Below are positions 19,726 to 19,968 of a stretch of 19,968 nt of DNA, one piece after another. The translations under genes and the position numbers were made by a program. Origin of the DNA: Octopus sinensis (taxonomy: Eukaryota). Location of the stretch: positions 1-19,968 of the forward strand of contig NW_021824152.1 of assembly GCF_006345805.1 (NCBI RefSeq). The letters run 5' to 3'. The notes beneath the pieces are model-generated. The model had not been told where the DNA came from and did not search any database. It worked only from the letters and a program-made list of their open reading frames with translations. Each line of letters starts with the position of its first letter. Position 1 is the stretch's first letter.

Positions 19726-19968
19726 GAAGGCGCATGGCTCAGTGGTTAGAGTGTCGAGCTTACGATCGCGAGGTTGTGAGTTCGAATCCCGGACCGGGCT
19801 GAGTGTTCACTCGGCTGTAGAAATGAGTTGCGATGCCACAGGTGTCAAGCTGTATCGGCCTTTGCCTTTCCCTTGGATAACACTGGTGACGTGGAGGGAG
19901 AGGGTGTTATGCATGGGCGACTGATGGTCTTCATAAACACCTTGCCCGAACTTGTGCCTAGTGGAGGG
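19726..19968 (+). mobile_element. tRNA-derived SINE with well-preserved Pol III boxes (runs to window end)
   Basis: GAAGGCGCATGGCTCAGTGGTTAGAG carries A box TGGCTCAGTGG (19735-19745); B box GAGTTCGAATCCC (19778-19790). CpGs are retained and a non-tRNA body follows. Confidence 0.9.

Noticed and set aside
19726-19800. tRNA gene
   Set aside because: A and B boxes are present, but I could not build a complete cloverleaf, and the sequence continues into a SINE body related to other copies.

Overview
AT-rich eukaryotic genomic DNA, mostly intronic or intergenic. The very long (TA)n/(TG)n arrays and the tRNA-derived SINE families suggest a coleoid cephalopod, probably Octopus; this is inference from recalled repeat families, not a database result. 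Almost all ORFs in the supplied track are Tyr/Ile/Cys/Val/His artefacts of microsatellites. Supported content: (1) two or three small minus-strand exons (10751-10721, 10043-10006, probably 9425-9345) that splice in frame into an unidentified protein (NVYEISGEEFENVCYFTGPNYEV-KARKSFKIAFNEVDKLHFCYLFENLAL); (2) about ten SINE copies, nearly all on the + strand and chained through (TTA)n tails; (3) three piggyBac-type TTAA MITEs, a non-autonomous Helitron, a ~370-bp internally deleted mariner retaining the YSPDLAP region, a 500-bp Tc2/pogo-like MITE, a probable hAT MITE and two (GAT)n-tailed retroelement ends. The most unusual observations are a 313-bp near-perfect spacerless palindrome (17843-18155) that looks like a template-switch fold-back within a repeat family, and a minimal type I hammerhead-ribozyme-like motif with a non-canonical core (19622-19659, minus strand), of the kind carried by Penelope-like elements. 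No prokaryotic systems, CRISPR arrays, rRNA or true tRNA genes are seen.
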